DNA of 24,000 nucleotides from assembly GCF_000812025.2 (NCBI RefSeq), contig NZ_JWJE02000037.1:14594-38593 (forward strand). Reading direction: 5' to 3'. The notes beneath the pieces were generated by a model. That model made no database searches and was not told the DNA's origin. It worked only from the letters and a program-made list of their open reading frames with translations. Each line of letters opens with the position of its first letter. Positions within the stretch are counted from its first letter, which is position 1. The position numbers and the translations under genes are program-made. This DNA comes from Bacillus thermotolerans (GTDB taxonomy: Bacteria; Bacillota; Bacilli; Bacillales; Domibacillaceae). Below are positions 1 through 8,616 of the stretch, one piece after another.

Positions 1-659
1 GCGCTTTCAACTCACTGAAATCGACAGTAACAAGCGCTATGAATAACGTAGTTTCAGCGGTCAAGAGCGGTTGGAATAAAGCTGTTTCTTTCTTGAAATC
101 TATTAATCTAGCTTCTATTGGAAGAAACATCATACAAGGTCTCGTAAATGGGATTAAATCAATGGCCGGCGCGGTGTCTTCCGCTATTTCTAGTATCGCG
201 AGCAATATCAAAAGCAGGATCAAAGGTGCTCTAGGGATTCATTCACCTTCTCGTTGGATGCGAGATGAAATTGGGAAGAACATCGTCAGCGGCGTTGTCG
301 TGGGGATCGATCGAATGAGTCGATCTGCTACACAATCGGCAACGAATCTAGCATCCTCTATTATGGATGCCTTCACACCTCAGCTTGCGCTGAACGATGT
401 TCGGATGGCCAGCGATCCGCTTAATGTAGATACACAAATGGCTGAACTAAAGCGTCAAGTACAAGAGGAATTAGATGTTGATCTCTGGATTCACCAGCAG
501 CATGGGGTGGCAGAAGACGGTATTGAAGAAGGGGCAGGCCGTGACATTGTGATTCAAATAGATGGCCAGGAGCTTGCTAGAGTACAGCAGCCGCATCTGG
601 ACCGCTTAAATGGCGCGAAGTTGAAACTAGCTCAATACAGAAAGGGGAGAAAGGGATGA
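1..659 (+). CDS. Tail tape-measure protein, C-terminal fragment (the gene starts upstream of the window)
   Basis: The frame of the 39..659 ORF stays open back to base 3, so the gene is truncated by the window edge. The Gly/Ser/Ala/Ile-rich sequence with GIHSPSRWMRDEIGKNIVSG is typical of TMP C-termini. It sits immediately upstream of Dit with an ATGA stop/start overlap. Confidence 0.75.
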   Translation, partial: AFNSLKSTVTSAMNNVVSAVKSGWNKAVSFLKSINLASIGRNIIQGLVNGIKSMAGAVSSAISSIASNIKSRIKGALGIHSPSRWMRDEIGKNIVSGVVVGIDRMSRSATQSATNLASSIMDAFTPQLALNDVRMASDPLNVDTQMAELKRQVQEELDVDLWIHQQHGVAEDGIEEGAGRDIVIQIDGQELARVQQPHLDRLNGAKLKLAQYRKGRKG

Positions 660-1507
660 GTGGTCATGATTACCTAACCTTTGAAGAGGGCATCGATATT
701 ATTCTTGAACGATTAGACGGCGCGCGTTATAGCTTCAAAGAGCATGGCATCGGTGTTCGTGACTTTGTTGTCCGTTCCCCGCACTATGTAACAACTTATG
801 AGGAAGTCGCAAACATGCTGGGGATGCTGGACACCGGCACGAAGCTTGGCTATCGTCAGCTGAAAATGTCTCTTTACTTTGTAGCAGACAGCATGGATCT
901 CTATGCGAAAAAGCGCGATGAAGTCTTCCGGATATTAAACAGCCAGGAAGCTTTCTATATTACCGAATCTCGGCGTCCAATGCAGCGCTGGCTGGTCAAG
1001 GTGACTGGAAGCTTTGAACCGGATCAGGCTCGCTTATTCGGCTTTGTCGATGTTGAGTTAGTGTCCGCCTCTCCTTTCGCTGAATCGCCTGGGACCACGC
1101 TCAGACAGCCATACACAGATTTTTATTATCCGATAGGTGAAGGGAGAATCAATGAAGGAGATCCACCGGTTCAATATGTATTCACAGAGAATACCTTTTC
1201 AGTTTTTAATGATTCAGATATAACGGTGGATCCCAGAAACATGGATGTCTTGATCGAGTTCGTGGGCGAGTCCAATGATCTTACCATTCGAAACCTAACG
1301 ACCGGCGATGCCTGGAGCTATAATGGCTCCAGCTCGGTTGGGGATGTCATTCGGTTGGAGGGCATTCGATCGTTAAAGAATGGCCAGAGTATTTTCGGTC
1401 AGACGAACAAAAAGCTCATTCGCCTTGATTCTGGCTGGAATGACTTTGAGATCAGCGGGGCTAGCGACTTCGTGATCAGCTTCGATTTTAGATTTTATTA
1501 CTTATAG
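656..1507 (+). CDS. Distal tail protein (Dit; siphovirus tail family protein)
   Basis: 283 aa, translationally coupled to the TMP by a 4-nt overlap. Position and size match Dit, and the sequence resembles the Sipho_tail family by recall. Confidence 0.65.
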   Translation: MSGHDYLTFEEGIDIILERLDGARYSFKEHGIGVRDFVVRSPHYVTTYEEVANMLGMLDTGTKLGYRQLKMSLYFVADSMDLYAKKRDEVFRILNSQEAFYITESRRPMQRWLVKVTGSFEPDQARLFGFVDVELVSASPFAESPGTTLRQPYTDFYYPIGEGRINEGDPPVQYVFTENTFSVFNDSDITVDPRNMDVLIEFVGESNDLTIRNLTTGDAWSYNGSSSVGDVIRLEGIRSLKNGQSIFGQTNKKLIRLDSGWNDFEISGASDFVISFDFRFYYL

Positions 1508-1532
1508 AGATATAGAGAGAGGAGCGGTCCGC

Positions 1533-4418
1533 TTGCAGGTACAAAATAAGCAATCCATTACAGTGGACCTTCGTCGGTCCATGACTATGCCGGTCCCGCG
1601 TTATCGGCAACATGATACAAATATCCTTGAAATTAAAGTTCTTGATAACGCGCAGCCAGCTGATTTATCCAATGTCACTTGGATTACCGCTGCTTATAAA
1701 CGGCCAGATAAAGAAGTCGTTTCAAGAATAGTATCCAAAGAGGGGAATGTTCTCACCTATCAGATCGGAAAAGAGGAATGCGATTATCCGGGCAAAGGCG
1801 AGTTGATGATCCAATTCTATGAAGGGGATCAGCGTCTTTCCACGATGAAAATTCAAGTGATTATCGACTCTTCTTTCGAACCGGATATCGAAGGGACAGA
1901 AGATCTTCAACTTCTTCAAGAGCTATTTATTGAGGTCGATACACGGCTGGCTGATATTAATCGCACGAATGAAATCTATCAAGTGAATGAAGCAAAGCGT
2001 AAAGAAAATGAAGTAACTCGACAAGATCAGGAAGCGGCTCGTTTGGCTGCAGAGAATAGGAGAGAAGCCGCTGAAACGACTCGACAAGAACAGGAGTCAG
2101 CTCGGCAAACAAATACAGCACAAGCCATCAGTGATGCAGTAGCGGCTACACAACACGCGGCCACCCAAGGGGATTATGCGAAAGAGCAAGGTGACTATGC
2201 CAAGACTCAGGGCGATGCAGCGGCTCAGCGCTTAGCGGAGTTGAACAATGCAGACGCCGCTCAGCTGGATGATCGGCTGACAGAAGTTGAAGGTAGACTA
2301 TCAGAAACTGGACGGCACACACAGATCCTTGAACCAGGCATGAACATTCTGGATGCGAATGTAGCTACACCGGTTGATTTTGAGATTCAGGGACGCACGC
2401 TTATAAACTTGCTAGGCAAAAAAGGAGGATTTGAAACCGCAAGCACTTCTGGTGATACCGGTGAATACTGGACAGCCATTGGCACTGGAAACCCTCTTTA
2501 TGCGTATTTCTCTATTGAAAACGGAAGACAAGTAATTGAATCCAGAGAAAATACAACCTTTTCTGGTAGAGTGCAAATACTTAACCTGTTATATGAACCG
2601 GGAAAGTATTATGTGGCGGTGACGGAGGTTGAAACGGTCGGTATAGGAGCGTGGACAGGAGTAAGAAGCAACGGATCTGGTGGATTAGGAGCTACCAGCA
2701 ATACTGCCAGAATACCAGCAGATTTCAAAGGGGTATCAGTTAACAAAATTGCTGGAACCGGTGGGGATGGATGGATCCAACTAAGTGCTGATAGAGACGC
2801 AGGGCAGACGAAAATAGGAAAGGTTTATTTTGATAATGTAAGAATATACGAAATCACAAGAGCGGAATATGAAAAAATCGGTTTGGAATGGACGGATGAA
2901 GAAGTGGCCCGTCGTTATCCATATGTAGAACATGCACAGCATTTACAGAATCCGTATGTGATAGCGCAGGGTGAGAATTTAATGCCGCCATTTCATACGT
3001 GGAGTATACCAACAGCAGACATGCCCGCGTTAAGTCAATCACCCTATGAATATGTAACGGAAGTAAAAACACATACAAAATATATGGAGTCACCTGTTAT
3101 TGATGTGGTGAAAGGCAGGGAATACACTTTCTCCCTAAATAAAGATAAAACAGTTCAATTTGCTATACGCGATGCGGTTACAAATGAATATCTGTATGGT
3201 TATACAACAAATAACAGCCGTACTTTCACAGCGACTTCAGATAAAATCATTATTTACATGAGAACTGGAAGCAGCGTGGATCCTATTGATAATCCTTATA
3301 CTTTTTCGCGCCCTATGCTGACACCGGGAAACACAGTTAAGCCATTCACGCCAAGCAACCCATCTTTTCTATACGCAGAAACCAAACTGGCTTCCGTCGG
3401 TAACAGAAAAGATGTACTTTACAAAGAAGAAGGCCGCTGGAAGGTGCGACATACTATCGAAAAAGAATTTATTTTAGATGGTTCATTAGATTGGAGGTTA
3501 AGCAGCGTAGTTAGTACAGACTTAAGTTTTAAAAGATTTATTATTGGAATTTTATTACCGGGTATGAGTCAAATGAGCGACCAAATGATTGCTTATGATT
3601 ATATGTACAATGTTTATAAAGGAATAACTTTGAATGCTTCTAATGCTACGCCTAAGCCTTTTCAAGTTGGAAGCGGAAATGTTAATCCGTTTATCACGGT
3701 TCCGAACAGTTTAACAGGTTTTGGCGAATCCTATGCACCTACGAATGATGAAATCAAAGCTTACTTCAATGGTTGGAAAGTCAAAACATCTGATGAGACC
3801 GGTAAACCAATCGCCTGGATCTCCGTGGTAGATAGCACAGATGCACCTACACAAACCCTGGAATATGTCAGTACCAATCGCGCATCAAACTATACGCCGT
3901 ATAAATTGAGTTACGCTCTTTCCTTTCCTGTCACAGAAGAAGTGGATGTGGAAGGTGATATTGTCGCAGACGGCTTGACACAGATGGAAGTGGGGAGCGG
4001 CGTGATTGTAAGGGAGAAATTAACGCCACAACTGGTGAACGGCAATCTTTATTATATGAACCATATCCCATATAAAAACACATTGGAGAATAAACCGGAT
4101 AGATTCATTGCTGTTTACAAAGGCAGAGAAATAGATAATTCGTGGATCACCAACAGACATGCGAATTATTACGGCGGCATAGGATTGCAATCTTCAAATG
4201 TGGATCCAGAAGCGGATTATTATGTTACGTATATTGTTCAAGAGAAACACCGCTTCACCACCAACCCTGTCGATGTGAAAGCCATGTTCGCGAAGAATAT
4301 CCGCTCTGCTTATGATGATCTAGCTGTAAAGGTTTCAGACATAGCTACGGGCCAAACAGCGTTAAATACGCTGACAGCTGAGCTGTTAAGAAGAATTAAA
4401 GCATTGGAGGGGGCTTAA
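1533..4418 (+). CDS. BppU-type baseplate / receptor-binding protein: N-terminal BppU-like domain, Ala/Glu/Gln-rich coiled coil, then two beta-sandwich-like C-terminal modules
   Basis: TTG start 8 nt after RBS GAGAGGAG (1517-1524). The N-terminal ~120 aa (ITVDL...HDTNILEIKVLD...GELMIQFYEG...MKIQVIIDSS) resemble the baseplate upper protein Ig-like domain. Residues ~150-260 are a heptad-like ExxAR/GDYAK repeat region. The distal modules end in ...FDNVRIYEIT... and ...FSRPMLTPGNTVKPFTP, a pattern seen in carbohydrate-binding RBP modules. Confidence 0.6.
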   Translation: MQVQNKQSITVDLRRSMTMPVPRYRQHDTNILEIKVLDNAQPADLSNVTWITAAYKRPDKEVVSRIVSKEGNVLTYQIGKEECDYPGKGELMIQFYEGDQRLSTMKIQVIIDSSFEPDIEGTEDLQLLQELFIEVDTRLADINRTNEIYQVNEAKRKENEVTRQDQEAARLAAENRREAAETTRQEQESARQTNTAQAISDAVAATQHAATQGDYAKEQGDYAKTQGDAAAQRLAELNNADAAQLDDRLTEVEGRLSETGRHTQILEPGMNILDANVATPVDFEIQGRTLINLLGKKGGFETASTSGDTGEYWTAIGTGNPLYAYFSIENGRQVIESRENTTFSGRVQILNLLYEPGKYYVAVTEVETVGIGAWTGVRSNGSGGLGATSNTARIPADFKGVSVNKIAGTGGDGWIQLSADRDAGQTKIGKVYFDNVRIYEITRAEYEKIGLEWTDEEVARRYPYVEHAQHLQNPYVIAQGENLMPPFHTWSIPTADMPALSQSPYEYVTEVKTHTKYMESPVIDVVKGREYTFSLNKDKTVQFAIRDAVTNEYLYGYTTNNSRTFTATSDKIIIYMRTGSSVDPIDNPYTFSRPMLTPGNTVKPFTPSNPSFLYAETKLASVGNRKDVLYKEEGRWKVRHTIEKEFILDGSLDWRLSSVVSTDLSFKRFIIGILLPGMSQMSDQMIAYDYMYNVYKGITLNASNATPKPFQVGSGNVNPFITVPNSLTGFGESYAPTNDEIKAYFNGWKVKTSDETGKPIAWISVVDSTDAPTQTLEYVSTNRASNYTPYKLSYALSFPVTEEVDVEGDIVADGLTQMEVGSGVIVREKLTPQLVNGNLYYMNHIPYKNTLENKPDRFIAVYKGREIDNSWITNRHANYYGGIGLQSSNVDPEADYYVTYIVQEKHRFTTNPVDVKAMFAKNIRSAYDDLAVKVSDIATGQTALNTLTAELLRRIKALEGA

Positions 4419-4420
4419 CA

Positions 4421-4603
4421 ATGCAAGATATAAGTCTGCTAGATGACTATTTACAACGTCTTGGATATGATACCACCGCGAAAAAGTCATTTTTTCAACA
4501 AAATGAAGAGATGGCTTCTGTTCTTGTCACCTTTCTCATGTCGGAATTAGACGTGCTGAACAAACGGATAACAGAACTGGAGGCGGAAATGAATGCTAAA
4601 TGA
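4421..4603 (+). CDS. Small phage protein (60 aa), unknown function, predicted helical
   Basis: RBS GGAGGGGG lies 7 nt upstream. The start is 2 nt after the stop of the RBP gene. Confidence 0.5.
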   Translation: MQDISLLDDYLQRLGYDTTAKKSFFQQNEEMASVLVTFLMSELDVLNKRITELEAEMNAK

Positions 4604-4730
4604 AATTTATCTCAATATGTACCGAGTTGCAGTAACAAGCAATCGTTTACCAATTGAATTTATTCCGAAGCCTTATCGAGAAGTATTGAAAAGAGAATTA
4701 GAAGAACAAGAGGTGACACCGACTGAATAG
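4593..4730 (+). CDS. Small phage ORF (45 aa: MLNEIYLNMYRVAVTSNRLPIEFIPKPYREVLKRELEEQEVTPTE), below the ORF-track cutoff
   Basis: Hand translation. The ATG at 4593 lies 9 nt after GGAGG (4579-4583) and overlaps the preceding ORF by 11 nt. The ORF ends 15 nt before the Tal gene start, and its last codons overlap the RBS of that gene. It fills an otherwise unexplained 140-nt gap in a tightly packed operon. Confidence 0.4.
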   Translation: MLNEIYLNMYRVAVTSNRLPIEFIPKPYREVLKRELEEQEVTPTE

Positions 4731-4744
4731 GAGGTGTATTTTTT

Positions 4745-7700
4745 ATGTTATCAGTTACGAATCTAAACGGAATAACAGAACCACTGACGAATATACAAGG
4801 TGCGGAGATTGAAGAAGAAGTGAATGGGGGCTTTACGCTCTCCTTCGCTTCTTTTTTTGATAATAACCCGGGTTATGAATTACTAGAAGAAGAATCAGTC
4901 GTTGAGCTGGACGGCCATGAGTTTACAGTTAAGCACATGACCGAGGAGAATGGCTGGAAAGAGATCGTAGCCGAACATGTTTATTTTAGCCTGATAGACA
5001 GCTGGCAGCCTGAAACTTTCGGCGGCGCTCGTACCATAGAAGAACTCGCGCCATTTATCCTGGATGGCACTGGCTGGACTTGGGAAGTGGAGTCAGGGAT
5101 TCCGGCGGCTTTTGTGCCTAACTTTGGTGATGATAACCGCCTGAGCCTCAGTCAGACCGCATGTGAGGCATTTGAGTGTGAAGTAAAGATTCTCCCAGGC
5201 CGTCACCTTCGATACGCTAAAGAAATCGGTCAGGATAGGGATGGACAGCTTCGCATCGGTCATAACATCGTAACGTTAAGAAGAACGATTGATACCACAA
5301 AGCTGGTCACTGTAGGCAGGGGGCATGGTGCAAATGGCTTAAAAGTAGAGTGGCGCTCTCCTAACATTGCTATTTATGGCGAGCGGTACGGTGAGCCGAT
5401 TGTCGATGAACGCTTCACAGTCGCGGATCATTTACGCGAAAAGGTACGGCAAGAGACTCAGGATGTGCCAGAAACAACGATCGAGCTAACGATTGCAGAG
5501 ATTCGAAAGGCTGGATATGAAAATCCTATTGAGCTAGGAGATTGGATCTGGCTGATCGATGAAGACAAGGATCTAATCATTCATGTGCGCGTGGCTAAAA
5601 TTAAACGCTTCCCATTCGAGAACAAGTCACCAGTTATCACCTTGTCAAACGTCGAGAAAAAAGCGAGTGACATTTTGACTGAAGTCAGGGTCGAAATCGA
5701 TGAAAATATGCGTCAACATCGCTCTCGCATTGATCAGACGAATGAGCGTATCACCTTGGAAGTGCAACGTTTAGACGGGGAATTCATCGAGGCTTACAGT
5801 CTGATCGAGCTGACAGCTGAGCAGATTCGGAGCGAAGTCGTTGAATATAACAAACAACTTGAGAATGGCATCTCGGATAATACATCTAGCATTACACAGC
5901 TGGCAAATGAAATTACATCTAGAGTCACAATGACCGCTTTCGAGCAAGGGCTACAGAAAAATTTGAATGATGCCAATACCTATGCGGACCAGCGAGAGGC
6001 AGCTGCTAATGAGTATACTGACGGGCGTCTAGTGATGGTGGATGAGCGGCTGACGAGTGCAGAATCATCGATCACACAACTCGCAAACAGTATTACCTTA
6101 AAGGTGGATCAAACGGTCTATGAAAATGGCATTCTAAATGCTCAGACCTATGCAGAGCTAGAAGCAGCTGAGGCTGAGAAAAACGCGAAAGCTTATGCAG
6201 AGACTCAGGCGAATAATGCTAGGGACGCGGCTCAGGATTATGCTGATGGTCTGAAGGCATCTATTAATTCTGATATTAATAATGTCAAACAGAGCATCAC
6301 AGACCTGGAAGGCACAATTAATAGCAGTTTTAAAGATGGTGTGATTCAGGAGTCTGAAGCACGAGCCATTGAAAAATATATCAACTCGCTGGCCGCTGAA
6401 AAAGCTGATCTGGATGGCCGGTACAACACGATCTATAGCAACATCGAATTGACCGGTGCCTCAAAGACGGATCTCGCCACCGCGAAAGCTTCCTATGATT
6501 CGGCTTATACCACTTTGATCAACTCTATTAATATAGCTATCGCAGATGGAAAGACAAACAGCACCGAAAAAGCAGATGTTGATGCAAAGTTTAAATCATA
6601 TCAAACAGCAATCTCTATTTTGGCCCAACGACTTGATGAAGCTATTGATGCCATTGCTCAGGTCAAGGCTGATGCTGCAGAATTTGACGCAAATCAATAC
6701 ACTGACAGCCAGATGACCATCGTCAACGGAGAGATTAGCGATGTGAGCGGACGAATTACGAGCTTAAATGAATATATTGATGGCAGTTTTAAAGACGGCG
6801 TAATCAGTACTGCCGAAAGAGAAGCATTATCTTCTCATATTCAGCAATTGAATAACGAAAAGGCCGGCCTGGATAGTCAATACACAGCGATTTATTCAGA
6901 TACACAGCTGACAGGAACAGAAAAGACGAGCCTTGCTTCAGCAAAAACGGCCTATGATACCTCGCATGCTAGCTTAATTGATGCAATTAATACCGCGATT
7001 GTAGACAATACCGTTACCACTGAAGAAAAGATGGCAGTCGATAATGCTTTTGCTTTTTATCGAACTGCTCTCGGTACGTTACAACAACGTTTCGAGGAAG
7101 CGGTAAAAGTTATCGCACAAGCGAAGGCAGACGCTGCTGAAGATGCGGCAAACAGCTATACAAACGGCATTACAAGTCCAATGGTAACAAGAATTACTGA
7201 GGCAGAATCATCAATCATACAACTCTCAAATGAAATCAGCAGTAAGGTGAGCGAAGACGTCTATCTGACTGATCAGGTGGTTCTACAGGGAAATATCGAT
7301 GATCTGGAGAGCACGGCAAGTAGCTTGGCTTTTCGTGTGTCTTCAGCTGAATCAGAAATCAAGCAGCAGGCTAGTCAAATATCGAGCAAAGTCAGCTACA
7401 CCGATTTTAATGGCAACGAAGTAATGTCGCGTATTAACCAAACAGCAACGACGATAAAAATGGATGCACAAAAAATTGAAATGACCGGCATTACAGAAGT
7501 CGCCAATCAGCTTCACATTGGCGGCCGAGGAACCTGGGGAGATAAATCGCTGATTTTCTCCAATGATTCTGGGATTGATAGCTGGAACAGTCGATCCATG
7601 TCGCTTGTGGCGCTAGGTGGGAATATTCACACAGAATGCAATGAATTCCGCTTTGATTCATATTTTCCTGGATCAGCAGCTGTTTTGAATATTGGAACGG

Positions 7701-7975
7701 CTGCGGATGTGATTTGGGGCAAACATGCACCACCAGCTCCTTCCTATGTTGCAAGTGCAGGTAATGCCGATAGATTAGACGGCTACCATGCTTCTTATTT
7801 TAGCGTAAGTGGTCATAACCATGATAGCCGATATAGTCGAATAGGGCATAGTCACTACGGTGATTACGTCCGAGATTATTTCGGTCAGTATTTGGATTTA
7901 TATATTGATAACGCTACAAACCGATTGGTTGTCAGAAGAAATGGGTCAATTGTAGGTAGTGTAGCATTAACGTAA
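4745..7975 (+). CDS. Tail-associated tip protein (Tal; phage minor structural protein N-terminal domain) fused to a long coiled-coil fibre with a His-rich C-terminal knob
   Basis: RBS AGGAGGTG lies 9 nt upstream. The N-terminal ~300 aa (EIEEEVNGGFTLSFA...VELDGHEFTVKHM...) match the Prophage_tail / minor-structural-protein N-terminal pattern. Residues ~320-900 are coiled coil with repeated ESSITQLAN-type motifs and a ~140-aa tandem duplication. The C-terminus reads LDGYHASYF..GHNHDSRYSRIGHSHYGDY (two HxH motifs). Confidence 0.7.
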   Translation: MLSVTNLNGITEPLTNIQGAEIEEEVNGGFTLSFASFFDNNPGYELLEEESVVELDGHEFTVKHMTEENGWKEIVAEHVYFSLIDSWQPETFGGARTIEELAPFILDGTGWTWEVESGIPAAFVPNFGDDNRLSLSQTACEAFECEVKILPGRHLRYAKEIGQDRDGQLRIGHNIVTLRRTIDTTKLVTVGRGHGANGLKVEWRSPNIAIYGERYGEPIVDERFTVADHLREKVRQETQDVPETTIELTIAEIRKAGYENPIELGDWIWLIDEDKDLIIHVRVAKIKRFPFENKSPVITLSNVEKKASDILTEVRVEIDENMRQHRSRIDQTNERITLEVQRLDGEFIEAYSLIELTAEQIRSEVVEYNKQLENGISDNTSSITQLANEITSRVTMTAFEQGLQKNLNDANTYADQREAAANEYTDGRLVMVDERLTSAESSITQLANSITLKVDQTVYENGILNAQTYAELEAAEAEKNAKAYAETQANNARDAAQDYADGLKASINSDINNVKQSITDLEGTINSSFKDGVIQESEARAIEKYINSLAAEKADLDGRYNTIYSNIELTGASKTDLATAKASYDSAYTTLINSINIAIADGKTNSTEKADVDAKFKSYQTAISILAQRLDEAIDAIAQVKADAAEFDANQYTDSQMTIVNGEISDVSGRITSLNEYIDGSFKDGVISTAEREALSSHIQQLNNEKAGLDSQYTAIYSDTQLTGTEKTSLASAKTAYDTSHASLIDAINTAIVDNTVTTEEKMAVDNAFAFYRTALGTLQQRFEEAVKVIAQAKADAAEDAANSYTNGITSPMVTRITEAESSIIQLSNEISSKVSEDVYLTDQVVLQGNIDDLESTASSLAFRVSSAESEIKQQASQISSKVSYTDFNGNEVMSRINQTATTIKMDAQKIEMTGITEVANQLHIGGRGTWGDKSLIFSNDSGIDSWNSRSMSLVALGGNIHTECNEFRFDSYFPGSAAVLNIGTAADVIWGKHAPPAPSYVASAGNADRLDGYHASYFSVSGHNHDSRYSRIGHSHYGDYVRDYFGQYLDLYIDNATNRLVVRRNGSIVGSVALT

Positions 7976-7989
7976 AGGGAGGAAAGAGG

Positions 7990-8163
7990 ATGCAAAGCAA
8001 TGAGTTAGGGTTTACTGCTGATTATTTGGCCGAAAAAGTGCGTAAGGCGAATGAAGAGGCAGCTGTTTATTATGGAAAGCTCATGATGGCGAACAATCGT
8101 ATTAAAGAGCTGGAGGCCAAATTATCTAAATATGAAGAAAAACAAATAGAAGAGAAGGAATAA
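7990..8163 (+). CDS. Small coiled-coil phage ORF (57 aa: MQSNELGFTADYLAEKVRKANEEAAVYYGKLMMANNRIKELEAKLSKYEEKQIEEKE), below the ORF-track cutoff
   Basis: Hand translation. A purine-rich RBS (AAGGGAGGAAAGAGG) lies directly upstream, and the ORF occupies the gap between the fibre gene and the next ORF. Confidence 0.4.
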   Translation: MQSNELGFTADYLAEKVRKANEEAAVYYGKLMMANNRIKELEAKLSKYEEKQIEEKE

Positions 8164-8209
8164 AGGGCACAAGCTCGTTTTTTACTTTAAAAATAAAGGA
8201 GAGAGAAAA

Positions 8210-8578
8210 ATGAACATCACTATCCACCTGCGAGATGGTTTGAAAATAACAAAGGAGAGCGTGGGCTTCGTGGCTGAGGAGTGCGCGGAAACACTAAATA
8301 ATCGTCAAGCGCTAGTAACAGCTATAGATGATATTGTGATTAATAAAAATGAGATTAAAATGATCACCCCGGCAGATGAGCCGTCCAATCCTAATATCGA
8401 GGTTCACTTGCACGATGGAAGCATTTTACGATTATTAGATGATAACTATTCTGCTGCAACTATTGTACAGAAATTCAATGAACCGTCCGTATTGATGGCA
8501 GCGGTGGGGGATGGAGTTATCAATAAAACTATCGTGAAAATGATTACACCGGTTAGTATAGAAACAGCTACAGCGTAA
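8210..8578 (+). CDS. Hypothetical phage protein (122 aa) built from two homologous ~60-aa halves
   Basis: RBS AAGGAGAG lies 7 nt upstream. Residues 2-61 and 62-121 align: NI[TE][IV]HL[RH]DG ... L[VM][TA]A[IV].D.VINK..[IV]KMITP. No family recognised. Confidence 0.55.
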   Translation: MNITIHLRDGLKITKESVGFVAEECAETLNNRQALVTAIDDIVINKNEIKMITPADEPSNPNIEVHLHDGSILRLLDDNYSAATIVQKFNEPSVLMAAVGDGVINKTIVKMITPVSIETATA

Positions 8579-8616
8579 CGGTATTGAATTCTTAGATAGA
8601 GAAAGGGGGATTGGGT

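Noticed and set aside
2166-2220. Short tandem peptide repeat GDYAKEQGDYAKTQGD in the RBP coiled coil
   Set aside because: It is real but only two to three copies of a 7-aa unit within a generally repetitive coiled coil. It is not a separate feature.
4745-7975. Possibility of a diversity-generating retroelement acting on the fibre gene
   Set aside because: The window has no reverse transcriptase. There is no near-identical template/variable repeat pair at DNA level, since the internal repeats are old and diverged. There is also no adenine-specific mismatch pattern.
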